From NCBI GenBank assembly GCA_963666985.2, contig CAXXIA010000003.1, positions 64,001-128,000 of the forward strand: 64,000 bases of DNA, written 5' to 3'. Position 1 is the first letter of the stretch. Each line of letters begins with the position of its first letter. A program made the position numbers and the translations under genes. The DNA comes from Spirochaetia bacterium. Lineage in GTDB: Bacteria; Spirochaetota; Spirochaetia; DSM-2461. The notes beneath the pieces are model-generated. The model was not told the origin of the DNA, did not search any database, and worked only from the letters and a program-made list of their open reading frames with translations. Of the stretch, positions 8,769 through 19,850 are shown one piece after another.

Positions 8769-10859
8769 TTATAATTCCTTTTCGATTTGAAAAACTGCGA
8801 CTTTTTCGTTTACGGCATTCAAGCTTGCGGTATTGCCATTCAACATATCGACCGCTTCCAGAACGATGGTATCGACATCCTTTGATTTTTCCGCAACGGA
8901 TAAAACCGAGTCCTTAACTTTTTCGGTTATCTCCACAAGTCCCGTCATTTCCTGAATAATGGCACGGCTTCCGGTAAGCATCTCCCTTGAACCGGAATGG
9001 ACTTCTTCGGTAATCCGGCTGATATCGGAAAGCGCCATAAGAACTTGAGAGCCTCCGCTGGACTGCTCTTCCAGGGAAATCTTGATTTCTTCTTCGATAT
9101 TGGTAACCCGCTGTACCGACTGCACAATGGCGCCAAGAGATTCTTCCGTTTCCTTCGAGGCGCCGACAGCCTCATCAATGGCCTTCTTGAATATTCCGAG
9201 GCTATCGGAAATAAGCCGGGATTGATCGTTGGAAACCTCGGCGAGTTTCCGGATTTCATCGGCAACCACGGCAAAACCTCTGCCGGCCTCTCCCGCGTGA
9301 GCCGCCTCAATCGCGGCGTTCATAGCCAAAAGATTCGTTTGAGAAGCGATACTCATAATCACTTCATTGGCTTCCATAACGCTCTGAGACTGCTGCCAAA
9401 GCGAAAGAACCGTTTCTTTTAATTCACCGACCAGCGTATTGCCCGAATCCACCACCTCATTGAGCTTTTCAAATTCCATTGAATTATTCTTCAGTCCGTT
9501 CGAAATGGACTTAATATTCGCAATCATTTGTTCAATGGCGGCGGAACTTTCGGTAATGCTGGCCGATTGAGATTCGATCTTCCCATCCTGATTCTCGATG
9601 GTCCGGGCAATTTCCTCAACGGTGGAAGATACCTCCACCACAACCGATGACTGATGAATAATGGAAGACTTCACATCTTCGGCCAAAGTGCTGATTTCAC
9701 TCGCGGACATTTTTGTATCGTTCATCGCCGAAAGCAGCTTGTTCACACCATCGATTGTTTGATTCAGATTCCGCCTTATCGTCGTAATAAAGCCGGTCAG
9801 GTTTTCCAGAGTGTCGTTCAGACTTCGGCTCATCTGGCCAACCTCATCCCTGCTCTTCACGTTTACGCGATCGGTCAGATTGCCATTGGACATTTCGGAA
9901 AGAGTCATCATCACGTTCCGAATCGGCTTACTGATTCCCAGAGAGAACCAGATCGACACAAAAATACCGACAAGGATGGAGGCGACAAACACGATTAGAA
10001 TATTCTGAGTCATCCCCCGAACCGAAGACATCACTTCGTCTTTCAGCGCGACAATCACAATGGACCACTCGGTGCCTTCGATGGGAGCGAAACCCAGAAA
10101 ACGATCAATGCCATCCAGTCGATACCTGTCGAAACCCGTTTCCCGGGCCACCATACGGTTCATGGAATCGATCATCTGAACATATTCCGGATTAATTTCG
10201 CTTTCTTTAATGAAGTTCTTGGAGTTGAAAACATAATCCCTGTTAGGATGAGCGATGATGTCGGCTTCTCCGTTCACGATATAGGAATAGCCGTCTTCCC
10301 CGTATGAAATGTTGTCGGTAATCAGCGAAAGCTCTTCACCGTCCAAACGGGCAATGATAACCGCGACGGGGTTTCCCCCCTCTCCGAAAATGGGGGAAGC
10401 CAGCATAACCACGGCCTTATGGGTTACCCTGCTGATAATAACATCGGAAATAACGGTTTTTCCGGAGAATGCCTCTTTAACATAAGTACGATCTCCCAGA
10501 TTCGCCGTGTTTCCATCGGTATAAACGGTGTGCCCGTCGGGAAAAACAATTCCCATTCCCAAATATCCGAGACGTTTGATTTCCTCTTCCAAAATCGGCG
10601 CCTGGATTTCCCAATCCATGCTTTTCATCTGCGGCTGCGCGGCGATGTTCTCTATTCCCAAAAGAAGATAATCCAATCGCGCCCGTAGATATTTCGCCGA
10701 ATCGGTCGCAATCTCAATAAGGGATTCTTCAATCGTCTCCTCTATCGCCGCCCGTCCGCTCAAAGTGGACAGAACCGCGATGCCGCCGCAGACAACAATC
10801 AGCAATATCGAAATAAGTCCGATAAGCTTCCAACGAATCGTTGCTGTTCTCCTTGCCAT
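8769..10859 (-). CDS. Methyl-accepting chemotaxis protein (dCache sensor, HAMP, signalling domain)
   Basis: Two TM helices, a Cache-like periplasmic domain, HAMP (DEVGQM), and the [35 protein letters not shown] hairpin. Confidence 0.95.
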   Translation of the reverse strand: MARRTATIRWKLIGLISILLIVVCGGIAVLSTLSGRAAIEETIEESLIEIATDSAKYLRARLDYLLLGIENIAAQPQMKSMDWEIQAPILEEEIKRLGYLGMGIVFPDGHTVYTDGNTANLGDRTYVKEAFSGKTVISDVIISRVTHKAVVMLASPIFGEGGNPVAVIIARLDGEELSLITDNISYGEDGYSYIVNGEADIIAHPNRDYVFNSKNFIKESEINPEYVQMIDSMNRMVARETGFDRYRLDGIDRFLGFAPIEGTEWSIVIVALKDEVMSSVRGMTQNILIVFVASILVGIFVSIWFSLGISKPIRNVMMTLSEMSNGNLTDRVNVKSRDEVGQMSRSLNDTLENLTGFITTIRRNLNQTIDGVNKLLSAMNDTKMSASEISTLAEDVKSSIIHQSSVVVEVSSTVEEIARTIENQDGKIESQSASITESSAAIEQMIANIKSISNGLKNNSMEFEKLNEVVDSGNTLVGELKETVLSLWQQSQSVMEANEVIMSIASQTNLLAMNAAIEAAHAGEAGRGFAVVADEIRKLAEVSNDQSRLISDSLGIFKKAIDEAVGASKETEESLGAIVQSVQRVTNIEEEIKISLEEQSSGGSQVLMALSDISRITEEVHSGSREMLTGSRAIIQEMTGLVEITEKVKDSVLSVAEKSKDVDTIVLEAVDMLNGNTASLNAVNEKVAVFQIEKEL

Positions 10860-11098
10860 TTTCAGTACTCCAAATTTTTGTTATACATAGTTCTACCTTC
10901 TCATGTAATAAAGGACTTACAGGAGCGGAAGGATGATGTCCTCTAAGAACCGTGCTGTTCGTTATTCTAGAGAAAGTAATGAGTCGGTTCAGTGTTTTCA
11001 AGAAAAAATCTTGAAAGAAACACCTTTTCTCCATAAGCAGGTCCGCCAAGAATTTAGGGAAGAGAACATATGTTTACAAGAGGCTTAAGGAGCGCATC

Positions 11099-11911
11099 AT
11101 GACCTTGTACCAAGTGGATGCATTTACCGATACGGTCTTCGGCGGAAATCCGGCCGCCGTCTGCCCCCTGAAAGAATGGCCCGAAGAGACTCTTCTTCAA
11201 AATATCGCCATGGAAAACAACCTCTCGGAAACGGCCTTCATAATCAATCGCGGCGATTATTGGGACATCCGGTGGTTCACCCCGACATACGAAATCGATT
11301 TGGCGGGACATCCCACCCTTGCCGCCGCCTGGGTTATTTTTCATCTGCTGACCCCCGAAGACGCCTCGGAGGAAATCCGTTTCCGTACCCGGTGGGCCGG
11401 CGACCTTGCGGTTCGGCGGGAAGAATCCCGCATTATTATGGATTTTCCGGCCCGGCCCGGCGAAAAGCGTCCGGTAACAAGGGAAATCGCCGAAGCCCTG
11501 GGAATTACTCCCGAAGCCGCCTATAAATCCCGCGATTGGATGATGGTGTTTCCCGATGAACAAACCGTTCGCGATTTCCGGCCCAATCCCGCAGCCCTTT
11601 CGAATATTGCCCATGAAAAAAACGGTCTCATCGTCACCTCGCCGGGCCGCAAGGACGGCGCGGATTTCGTTTCCCGCTTCTTCGCTCCCTCACTCGGCAT
11701 TAACGAAGACCCGGTAACGGGTTCCGCTCACTGTACGCTGGTGCCTTACTGGTCGCAACGTCTCGGGAAAAAGAAGCTGCACGCTCGGCAGCTGTCGAAA
11801 CGCGGCGGAGAGCTTTACTGTGAAGAGCGCGGAGAGAGAATCTTAATCTCCGGGAATGCCGTTCTTTTCATGACGGGAGAAATCAGCCTCCGCTCGGATT
11901 CGCCCGGCTGA
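11099..11911 (+). CDS. PhzF family epimerase/isomerase
   Basis: QVDAFT..F.GNPAAV, NLSETAF, RWFTP..E..LAGH.T, EDPVTGSAH. Confidence 0.93.
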   Translation: MTLYQVDAFTDTVFGGNPAAVCPLKEWPEETLLQNIAMENNLSETAFIINRGDYWDIRWFTPTYEIDLAGHPTLAAAWVIFHLLTPEDASEEIRFRTRWAGDLAVRREESRIIMDFPARPGEKRPVTREIAEALGITPEAAYKSRDWMMVFPDEQTVRDFRPNPAALSNIAHEKNGLIVTSPGRKDGADFVSRFFAPSLGINEDPVTGSAHCTLVPYWSQRLGKKKLHARQLSKRGGELYCEERGERILISGNAVLFMTGEISLRSDSPG

Positions 11912-11945
11912 AGCGTTCCGCTGTTCCAAAATTTCTCGCGGAACT

Positions 11946-12611
11946 TCAATCCGTCGAAAATCGCTCCCGAAACTTTTCCATAAGGATTTCAACATCGTCC
12001 GCGGGAAGAGACGGCAGCGGGGCTTGGCCCGCCAGAATCCGGACGTTCCGATGAATCTGCGCAAGTTTTTCAACCACGTAAACGGCATCAACAGCATCGG
12101 TCAGACTTCTCCCGCAGGTCAGAAGGCCATGGTGGGACAGCATAACGGCATTCCCCCGCCCAAGACCTTCCAATACGACTTGTACCAGCTCCTCGGTTCC
12201 CGTTAATCGATAAGGAGCACAGGGAACCGCACCGCCAAGGAAAGCGGCCGCTTCTTCCGCAATCAGAGGAATCTTTTGTTCGAGAACGGCATGAGCCACC
12301 GTTTCCGGCGGATGCGTATGAACAACGGCCATCACTCTCGGCCGCCGGCTAAAAACTCCCGCATGCATTCGAAATTCGGAAGACGGCCTCCGCGGACCGC
12401 TCCGTTTCTCGTCAAAAACGCCTTCAAAAGTCACGACGGCCATATCCTCGGACTTCAAATCGGAATACCGATTCATCGTAGGGGTAATAACCATGGCGTT
12501 TTCACCCGGGATTCGCAAACTCAAATTACCTTCGCCGGGCAGAACCAATCCGTTCTCATAAAGAGCTTTGGCGGCGGCGGCCAATTCGTCCTTCAGTTCC
12601 TTAATATTCAT
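11946..12611 (-). CDS. Class II aldolase/adducin family protein (fuculose-phosphate-aldolase-like)
   Basis: GNLS.R, ITPT, PSSE..MH, VVHTHP, HHG metal ligands. Confidence 0.88.
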   Translation of the reverse strand: MNIKELKDELAAAAKALYENGLVLPGEGNLSLRIPGENAMVITPTMNRYSDLKSEDMAVVTFEGVFDEKRSGPRRPSSEFRMHAGVFSRRPRVMAVVHTHPPETVAHAVLEQKIPLIAEEAAAFLGGAVPCAPYRLTGTEELVQVVLEGLGRGNAVMLSHHGLLTCGRSLTDAVDAVYVVEKLAQIHRNVRILAGQAPLPSLPADDVEILMEKFRERFSTD

Positions 12612-12726
12612 TAACTTTGTCCTTTCCGAGTAAAATAAGCCTAATTCAACAATTTTTTCTTGTTTTTGGTGAAAATACTCCTCCTCAAATACTATTCTTT
12701 TCTTATGGAGGACGGAGCATACATAA

Positions 12727-14256
12727 ATGAATACCATAAACGACAGCATCGCCAGACAAAAACATCAATCATCGGAGGACTACTTGAAAGTTCTCATCGT
12801 TGATGATGAACCGATGGTTCATGACATAACCGAGCTGATTTTAAAGAACTTCAAATATAAAAACCATAAGCTCAAACTTGTTAACGCTTATTCCGCGGCG
12901 GAAGCCCGGGAAATCCTGGCGGCGGAAAGTCCTTTTGCACTCATTCTCCTGGATGTCATCATGGAAACCGATGATGCGGGGCTCACCCTCGCGCGATATA
13001 TTCGTGAAGAACTCAAGGACCCTCTGGTGCGCATTATTCTTCGTACCGGTCAGCCCGGCATGGTTCCCCAGCGGCAAGTCATGCGGGAATACGAAATCGA
13101 TGATTACAAGGAAAAATCGGAACTGACCAGCGAAAAATTCGATTCCGCCGTAACGGCCGCCATTCGTACTTACCTCGGTTTTCAAAGCCTTGAACAAAGC
13201 CGCCGGGGATTGGCCTGCATTCTTGATGCGGTTCGAGACGTCGAGGCGACGGATGTTGAAGAAACCATCGCGAATCGGATTCTGGACCAAATTGAATCGG
13301 TAACCGACCGTAACGACAAAAAAACCAACAGCATGGGAGCGCTTCTTGTCTCCGTTGATGAAAAACAGTCAAGCCGCATTATTACGGGGCGGGGAAACTA
13401 TGGGAACATTCACGATTCGGCCCTGGACACCATTGAAGATGCAAGCATTAAGGATCTGATCCAGCAGGGACTTTCATCAGGCGGAACCCTCTCCGACGAA
13501 CATCACATCCTCACCTCGCTTTTAACAAGAAACGGAGAACGCTATCTGGCCTATTTCGAAGACGAAAAAGAATTCGGCGATGTGGAACGCTATCTGGTCG
13601 AACTCTATTCCTCTCATATGAAGGCTTCTTTAGATAATAAAATGCTCAACCAGGAGCTGATTGATACTCAAATCGAAATCATCTCAACTTTAAGTGAAGT
13701 CATCGAATCCCGTTCCGGCGAAACGGGTCTTCACGTCAGAAGGGTCGGAGAACTCTGCTATATGATGGCGGATAACCTGGGTTTCGACGAAGAAAAGCTG
13801 GATTTGATTATGTTCGCCTCTCCCCTTCACGACATTGGAAAAGTCGGAATCAGTGATGCGATTCTCAATAAACCGGGAAGACTGACTCCGGAAGAATTCG
13901 AATTAATGAAAGCCCACGCGCAAATCGGATACGATATTCTCAAAACGTCTCATAAATCCTTATTAAAATTGGGCGCCGACATCTGTCTTCAGCACCACGA
14001 AAGATGGGACGGCAAAGGCTATCCGAACGGACTGGCCAAAGACGAAATCTGTATCGAAGCGCAAATCTGCGCGGTGGCCGATGTTCTGGACGCCGTGAAA
14101 TCGAAAAGAGTTTATAAAGATGCCATGCCCCTGGATCAGGCCCTGGGAATCATCAAAGAAGGACGGGGAACACAATTCAATCCCGAAATTGTCGACATCC
14201 TTATAGACAATAAAGCAACCGTGGAAGAAATCTATAATCAATTGGACGATGAATAG
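12727..14256 (+). CDS. Response regulator with DUF3369-like linker and HD-GYP c-di-GMP phosphodiesterase domain
   Basis: REC domain (VLIVDDE, LLDVIME, LRTGQPG), ETGLHVRRV, LHDIGK, HHERWDGKGYP. Confidence 0.9.
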   Translation: MNTINDSIARQKHQSSEDYLKVLIVDDEPMVHDITELILKNFKYKNHKLKLVNAYSAAEAREILAAESPFALILLDVIMETDDAGLTLARYIREELKDPLVRIILRTGQPGMVPQRQVMREYEIDDYKEKSELTSEKFDSAVTAAIRTYLGFQSLEQSRRGLACILDAVRDVEATDVEETIANRILDQIESVTDRNDKKTNSMGALLVSVDEKQSSRIITGRGNYGNIHDSALDTIEDASIKDLIQQGLSSGGTLSDEHHILTSLLTRNGERYLAYFEDEKEFGDVERYLVELYSSHMKASLDNKMLNQELIDTQIEIISTLSEVIESRSGETGLHVRRVGELCYMMADNLGFDEEKLDLIMFASPLHDIGKVGISDAILNKPGRLTPEEFELMKAHAQIGYDILKTSHKSLLKLGADICLQHHERWDGKGYPNGLAKDEICIEAQICAVADVLDAVKSKRVYKDAMPLDQALGIIKEGRGTQFNPEIVDILIDNKATVEEIYNQLDDE

Positions 14257-14336
14257 CCGCTTTCATCGGCGAAATGGAATGCCGCCGGTCAAACGATAAA
14301 AACCCGCCGCGGATGTCTTCATCAGCCTGCTGCTGA

Positions 14337-15545
14337 TCATCCATCTTCCCATTCATCGCTTTTTAATCCGATGCTCAGGAGTTTCGGACCCGCATAACGG
14401 ATACCGAGAAGCCCCAGCGGCGTTGTAAAAATAATCGCCAGCACCGCATAGGCCAAAATAAGGGCTCCTCCTTCAATCCCTTCCTGAAGGGGAACGGCTC
14501 CCAAAGCCGCTTGAACCGTTGCTTTGGGCAAATAAGCCACAATGGAAAAAAGCCTTTCTTTCCAATCCAGCGCCGATCCCGCGGTCGCGGTCAGCACCCC
14601 GATTGAACGGGCGGCAAGACCGGCCGCTATAAAGAGCAAGGCCAATGGACCGGCCTTAAGCGCCGCGTCCAATTGAACGGACATCCCGATAAGAACAAAG
14701 AGGACAATCTCGCTGAACACCCACACTTTACCGAGCTTCAAAGAGAGTTCCTTGGCCACACGATCGGCTTTGGCCAAAAGAATAAAACCCACGGTCATTA
14801 TGCCCAAAAGCGCGGCGGCTTGCGTCCAATCACCGACTTGCGCCAGCATAACGCTCACGCCGAGAAGCAAAATCGTTTTCTCGGTCGCGCGGATTTTTTC
14901 GTAATACCGTTCAAAGAACCAAACCAGGAAAAACCCCACGGCCAAACCGGGCAGAACGCCCAGAAGCAGAGATCGGGGAACCGCCAAAACGGCCTCCAGA
15001 ACACCGAAGCGGTCGCCTTTCGCCAATCCCAAAAACAGGGTAAAGAGAGTAATAACCACAACATTGTCCAGCCCGGCCCCGGCGAGAACCATCGTGGGGA
15101 CATCTTTTTCTTTTCCGTATCCCTTTTCTTTAAGATGCAGCATGGAAGGAACCACCACCGCCGGGGAAACAGCAGAAAGCAGCAATGCGGCCAAAACCGC
15201 GATAAACCAGTCGAAATCAAGAATAAATCGGAATAAAACAGTCAGCGCGGCCGCTTCGAAAAACGCCGGCAAAAAAGACATCTTGATAACCACGGAACCG
15301 ACTTTCTTCAATGTTTCAAGACGAATGCCCAATCCGGCTCTGAGCAGAATAACAATAAGTGCCAGAGTCTTTAAAAAGGGAGCCAATTCCCAAAGTTCGG
15401 ACGGAATAACCTCGTGCCAAAGCGTGCCGAGGGCCAGCCCCCAGAGGGTCATTCCGAGAACTCCGGGAAGACCGATTCGGGCGAATAAACGGCCGAACAG
15501 CCAGCCGCCGACAAGAATGAGTACGATAATAAGCTGCAGAGTCAC
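14337..15545 (-). CDS. Cation:proton antiporter (CPA1/NHA-like Na+/H+ exchanger)
   Basis: About 12 TM helices; ILLRAGL, AVSPAVVVP, GLDNV, PKATVQAA; GTG start with GGAGG RBS. Confidence 0.88.
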   Translation of the reverse strand: MTLQLIIVLILVGGWLFGRLFARIGLPGVLGMTLWGLALGTLWHEVIPSELWELAPFLKTLALIVILLRAGLGIRLETLKKVGSVVIKMSFLPAFFEAAALTVLFRFILDFDWFIAVLAALLLSAVSPAVVVPSMLHLKEKGYGKEKDVPTMVLAGAGLDNVVVITLFTLFLGLAKGDRFGVLEAVLAVPRSLLLGVLPGLAVGFFLVWFFERYYEKIRATEKTILLLGVSVMLAQVGDWTQAAALLGIMTVGFILLAKADRVAKELSLKLGKVWVFSEIVLFVLIGMSVQLDAALKAGPLALLFIAAGLAARSIGVLTATAGSALDWKERLFSIVAYLPKATVQAALGAVPLQEGIEGGALILAYAVLAIIFTTPLGLLGIRYAGPKLLSIGLKSDEWEDG

Positions 15546-15655
15546 GCAAGCCTCCCGAATCCACTATAGACGGGAGAAGGCCGTTAACGCCAGGAACGGA
15601 GGAAAAACGCCGCGGCAATGAAGCATTTCCGATAATCGATGCGTTATTCCTTATT

Positions 15656-16330
15656 ATGAGAAACAGAACCTTTCAGCGGATATCCGATATAAAACCCGAA
15701 GACAGACCGCGTGAACGATTGGCCTCGCGCGGCGTTACGGCCCTTTCCGACATTGAACTGCTCTCGCTGATGCTCGGCTCGGGCGGAGGATTCGGAGGAG
15801 TCGGTCGGATAGCCCTGGAAATTCTGACGGTGATGGACGGCTGTGAAGACATGCCGGATATCGAAGAACTGATGTCCGTCGAGGGCATCGGACCGGCGAA
15901 GGCATCCATGCTTTCGGCATCTTTCGAGTTCGCCCGGCGCCGCTTAAAGCCGGCCATCAGCCGAATCAGTCAGCCCGTGGACGTCCTTCCTCTGGTTTCC
16001 CATTGGGCCGACAGACCCCAGGAACATTTTCTGGTGATCAGCCTGAACGGCGGCCACGAGGTTATTCGGCTTCGTGTGGTCAGCCAAGGAACTTTGGATC
16101 GGACACTCGTGCACCCCCGCGAAGTTTTCGTGGATCCTTTATCCGACAGGGCGGCGGCGATTATCTGCGCTCATAATCATCCGAGCGGCAACCCGGAGCC
16201 CTCCAAAGAGGATAAAGATCTGACTCTTCGGCTCTCAAAGGCCGGTGATCTTCTCGGCATTCCTCTCTTGGATCATGTGATTTTTACCCATAAAGGCTAC
16301 TACAGTTTTCTGGAGGAGGGGCTGCTGTAA
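15656..16330 (+). CDS. radC: RadC family protein (JAB/MPN domain)
   Basis: RPRERL...LSDIELL, HhH GIGPAKA, VHPREVF, HNHPSG.P.PS.ED, LLDHVI. Confidence 0.95.
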   Translation: MRNRTFQRISDIKPEDRPRERLASRGVTALSDIELLSLMLGSGGGFGGVGRIALEILTVMDGCEDMPDIEELMSVEGIGPAKASMLSASFEFARRRLKPAISRISQPVDVLPLVSHWADRPQEHFLVISLNGGHEVIRLRVVSQGTLDRTLVHPREVFVDPLSDRAAAIICAHNHPSGNPEPSKEDKDLTLRLSKAGDLLGIPLLDHVIFTHKGYYSFLEEGLL

Positions 16331-16381
16331 TTTTTCAAGCCCTTAGCGGCGGACTCATCTTAGTAAATGAGAAAAGAACTG

Positions 16382-18544
16382 TTATGAAAAGATATTCGAG
16401 GAATAATAGCGGTCTTCTATCGTGCAATACTCGTTGAGTGAAATGCCGCAGGGTATTGCGCGCAGCTGATATGATCCCATGTATGAATCACACTCGCGGC
16501 CTCCGGTAAGGATGTTGGCATTGGATTCATCCCAGCCGTAACCGGGAGCACCGGCTTCGGGATACCACCACGCAAAATCACAATTAATAACCTGAATATC
16601 CATTGAAGGCTCAAGCTTTGCTTTTTGAGTAATTTGCCCCTGTGAGGTTTCTATGAACACCCAGTCGCCTTCGTTAATGTCGTGTTCCTTTGCGGTATCA
16701 GGATGCATGCGTACAAGGGGAAACGGATACTGTTTTCTCAGGCTTCGTATTTGCCGGTTATTGGATATAAAAAATTGCTGATGGCGACCGCCCGTAGTCA
16801 AAATATAGGGATATTTCTTTTCAGGATCGAGATTTTGCCGGGAATCTTCGGGAGCTTCCTGCCAATAGGGAAGAGGATCGCCCCCGTTGTGTTCCATTTC
16901 CAATGAATAAAACTCAAATTTTCCGGATGGAGTATTAAAACCGGCCCGTTTTTTGTAGTTGTAATACTCCCGCTTTGGTGTATAAAAGCCGGTTTCTTTC
17001 AGTTTATCAAAGGTTAAACCGCTCATTTCAGGAAAACGCTGCGACATGAGGGCCAGTTCCTTATCAATGATTTCTTTTTGATCGGCAGTACCATCATCAA
17101 GTCCAAGACGTTTTAAAATTTCTATAAAAATCTCCTCATCAGCCTTACATTCCCCAACCTGTACGATCTTCTGCTGGCAGAGTACCGTGTGCTCGGAAAA
17201 TTCCGGCATGCAGAAAACGCAGTCAAGTTCCGGCCAGAGCGCCGCAGGCAATACGATGTCGGCAAGCTCCGCGGTAGGAGTCATAAACATGTCGATAGAG
17301 ACAAAAAAGTCCAGCTTCTTCAAACATTCATATACTTTTCTGCTGCCGGGAAGCGAGATCAATGAATTGTTTGCGCTGGCTATCATGGCCCGTATCTTGT
17401 AGGGTAAGCCCGAACAGATGGAATCCATCACTTCCAGCGGATGTGCATAGGGCTTAAGGTTTCTGTATGGGAAATGGTTGATCAATGAAGGATTCGGAAC
17501 TATCGGATCCCGCTTGGTAGGAACAATCCCTTTACTTTCTACAAATCCTCCGGGAATATCATAGTTGCCGGTGATCGCGGGAATCATATAGATGGCCCTG
17601 CAGGTTTGAGTCGCGTTGTATCCTTGTTCAAAGGCACAGCCCCATTCAAGGGATAACGGTTTTACCTCCGCCATCATATGAGCGGCTTTCCGGATGTGTT
17701 CTTTCGGTATCCGGGTTATTTCGGAAACTCGGTCAATATTATAGTCCTTACACCGTTCCCGAAGCTCATCAAAACCAAAAGTCCAGTTATCAACGAATTC
17801 ATGATCGTATAGATTCTCCGAGATGATGATATTCAGTATTCCGAGAGCCAATGCGCCGTCCGTACCGGGACGGATTCTCAACCACAGGTCGGCACGTTCG
17901 GCAAGCTCGGTTTTTTGAGGATCAATAACGATGAACTTTGTACCGAGTTCGGCGCATCTGCGCGGATGCCACTGAAGTTCGCCGTCGGCTCCGCTTACCG
18001 TTGGATTGGCGCCCCATACAACAAGACATTCCGGAGTCTTCGGACCATAATAGTCCACGCAGGAATAGGTCCCGGCCGTGGAAAAACCGGCGTTTTTACG
18101 GGGTCCAAGGCAGATCAGGGCTCCAGCGGATGTTATGTTCGGGGTTCCAAGGGCTTTTGTAAATTTCCAGAGAGAGGGTATATGATGTCTGCCGGTGCCG
18201 GTTATTGCCGAAACGCACTCAGGACCATATCCGTCAATGAATTCGGCTAATTTTTCAGCAATGGTATCAAGAGCTTCATCCCATGATATTCGCTCCCATG
18301 TGCCGTTTCCGCGGGAGCCGACGCGTCGCATAGGATACAACAGTCGGTCGGGGTGGTACATTTGTTCAATTATCGACAGGCCTTTTATGCAGGCGTTTCC
18401 CTGATTCAGCGGTCCGTCTTTATCGGGACGGATTTTCACGACCTTCCCGTCTTTAACCGTTAAGAGATGCAGGCATCCGCCATGGCATCCGCGGCAGGCA
18501 ACCCTGTATTCCTGAGAATCATCCACCTGAATATCCCACCCCAT
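16382..18544 (-). CDS. Molybdopterin (DMSO reductase family) oxidoreductase, acetylene-hydratase-like clade
   Basis: N-terminal [4Fe-4S] motif CRGCHGGC...C.KG, HPDRLLYP, WERISWDEALD, ICLG (metal-ligand Cys), FMTPTAELADIVLP, TPSGKFE. Start uncertain (18544 or 18583/18580); no Tat signal. Confidence 0.88.
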   Translation of the reverse strand: MGWDIQVDDSQEYRVACRGCHGGCLHLLTVKDGKVVKIRPDKDGPLNQGNACIKGLSIIEQMYHPDRLLYPMRRVGSRGNGTWERISWDEALDTIAEKLAEFIDGYGPECVSAITGTGRHHIPSLWKFTKALGTPNITSAGALICLGPRKNAGFSTAGTYSCVDYYGPKTPECLVVWGANPTVSGADGELQWHPRRCAELGTKFIVIDPQKTELAERADLWLRIRPGTDGALALGILNIIISENLYDHEFVDNWTFGFDELRERCKDYNIDRVSEITRIPKEHIRKAAHMMAEVKPLSLEWGCAFEQGYNATQTCRAIYMIPAITGNYDIPGGFVESKGIVPTKRDPIVPNPSLINHFPYRNLKPYAHPLEVMDSICSGLPYKIRAMIASANNSLISLPGSRKVYECLKKLDFFVSIDMFMTPTAELADIVLPAALWPELDCVFCMPEFSEHTVLCQQKIVQVGECKADEEIFIEILKRLGLDDGTADQKEIIDKELALMSQRFPEMSGLTFDKLKETGFYTPKREYYNYKKRAGFNTPSGKFEFYSLEMEHNGGDPLPYWQEAPEDSRQNLDPEKKYPYILTTGGRHQQFFISNNRQIRSLRKQYPFPLVRMHPDTAKEHDINEGDWVFIETSQGQITQKAKLEPSMDIQVINCDFAWWYPEAGAPGYGWDESNANILTGGRECDSYMGSYQLRAIPCGISLNEYCTIEDRYYSSNIFS

Positions 18545-18636
18545 TCCGTTCGTATGTGCGCCCCAAAGGGATGTTCCCATCATAAATAAAGCATTATCAT
18601 AGATAAAATGAATTATATTGATGATAGAAATAGACA

Positions 18637-19557
18637 ATGCGAATGTTAAATGACAGCTTTACGGCGAATCTCGAGTACTACAAGGTTTTCTACTATGTGG
18701 CAAAATGCGGGAATATTACCGCTGCAGCAAACGAGCTCTTCCTTACTCAGCCGAGCATTACCAAGGCAATTAAAAATTTGGAACAGCAGCTGGGCTGCAC
18801 CCTTTTTGTCAGAACAAAACGGGGAGTGCTGCTGACTCCCGAGGGAAAAACACTGTGGCGGAAAATCGAGCCGGCCTGCCGGCTTATCATTTCCGCGGAA
18901 AAAGAGCTTGAGGATATTAAGTCCGTAAACGGCGGAAAACTGAGCATTGCATCGACCGAAATGAGCTTCAAAACATATGTGTTACCTGCTCTTGAATCAT
19001 TTCTGAAGGATCATCCGGATATCAAAATCAAGTTTGTTAATGCACTGAATGAACAGATTATCGATATGCTGAAGAAAGGAATGGTTGATCTTGCAATCCT
19101 GCACGAACCCTTTGAACTGGATGAAGAGATGGATACGATTAAAATAGACACGATCGAAGAGTATATGGTTGCGGGCCCCAGATACGCATATCTTTCGGAG
19201 GAAACCAGAGATATTTCGGAGCTCAAGGATTTTTCATTTATTTCCATGCCGGAAGGCTCTTCAACCAAGAATTATCTGAAAGATTATTTCTTTCGGCATA
19301 ATATGAACTTTGAACCGGATATTGAACTCACGACAATTGAATTGGCCGTTCAGGCGGTTGAAAGTAATTTCGGCATCGGTATTCTGCCTGAAAAAGTCAT
19401 AAGAGAAAAAATACAAACAGGGAAACTGTTTGAGGTGAAACTCGCCGATAAATTACCGGAGAGACGGGCCTATCTGATTACCAACAGGAAGCTTTCACCG
19501 TCCATTACAGCCAGGGCATTTATAAAAGAATATTTAGAGCGGGAAGAAATGCTTTGA
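18637..19557 (+). CDS. LysR family transcriptional regulator
   Basis: HTH NITAAANELFLTQPSITKAIKNLE..LG..LF.R..RG..LT; divergent from the Mo enzyme. True start may be a few codons downstream. Confidence 0.93.
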   Translation: MRMLNDSFTANLEYYKVFYYVAKCGNITAAANELFLTQPSITKAIKNLEQQLGCTLFVRTKRGVLLTPEGKTLWRKIEPACRLIISAEKELEDIKSVNGGKLSIASTEMSFKTYVLPALESFLKDHPDIKIKFVNALNEQIIDMLKKGMVDLAILHEPFELDEEMDTIKIDTIEEYMVAGPRYAYLSEETRDISELKDFSFISMPEGSSTKNYLKDYFFRHNMNFEPDIELTTIELAVQAVESNFGIGILPEKVIREKIQTGKLFEVKLADKLPERRAYLITNRKLSPSITARAFIKEYLEREEML

Positions 19558-19695
19558 ATGCCGGAGGGCTTCACTCATTTTACCCTACCGTCCGCATTAA
19601 AGCCGAATAGCCGGATATCACTGCCTCCCTAGGAGTTCACCCGACGGATTATCACTCCGGTTAAAAACAGAATCCGGCGCCCCGGCCGAAATCCT

Positions 19696-19769
19696 GCCGG
19701 TGATTTGCTCGGGATTCCTCTCTTGAACCATGTTGTCTCTACTCTTAACGGATACTACAGTTTTTTGGG
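19696..19769 (+). repeat. Degenerate duplicate of the radC 3' end (att-like remnant)
   Basis: Translates AGDLLGIPLLNHVVSTLNGYYSFL versus RadC AGDLLGIPLLDHVIFTHKGYYSFL. Confidence 0.85.
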
Positions 19770-19850
19770 AAACGACGCGGTGCGGCCGTTTAGCCGTATG
19801 TGTACATTTTTATGCTCGACAATCGCAGAGAAGACAATAATGAAGTTTGG

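Larger units (their letters stand above)
16241..19769. mobile_element. Putative acquired island bounded by a degenerate direct repeat of the radC 3' end
   Basis: 16241-16313 and 19696-19768 align without gaps (59/73 identical by hand count). The enclosed DNA is visibly AT-richer. No integrase is present. Confidence 0.6.

Noticed and set aside
15546..15655. Na+/Li+ or fluoride riboswitch upstream of the antiporter
   Set aside because: No consensus elements that I can confidently identify.
16382..18544. Calling the Mo enzyme a true acetylene hydratase or a selenoprotein
   Set aside because: The Asp13-equivalent position is His, and there is no in-frame TGA.
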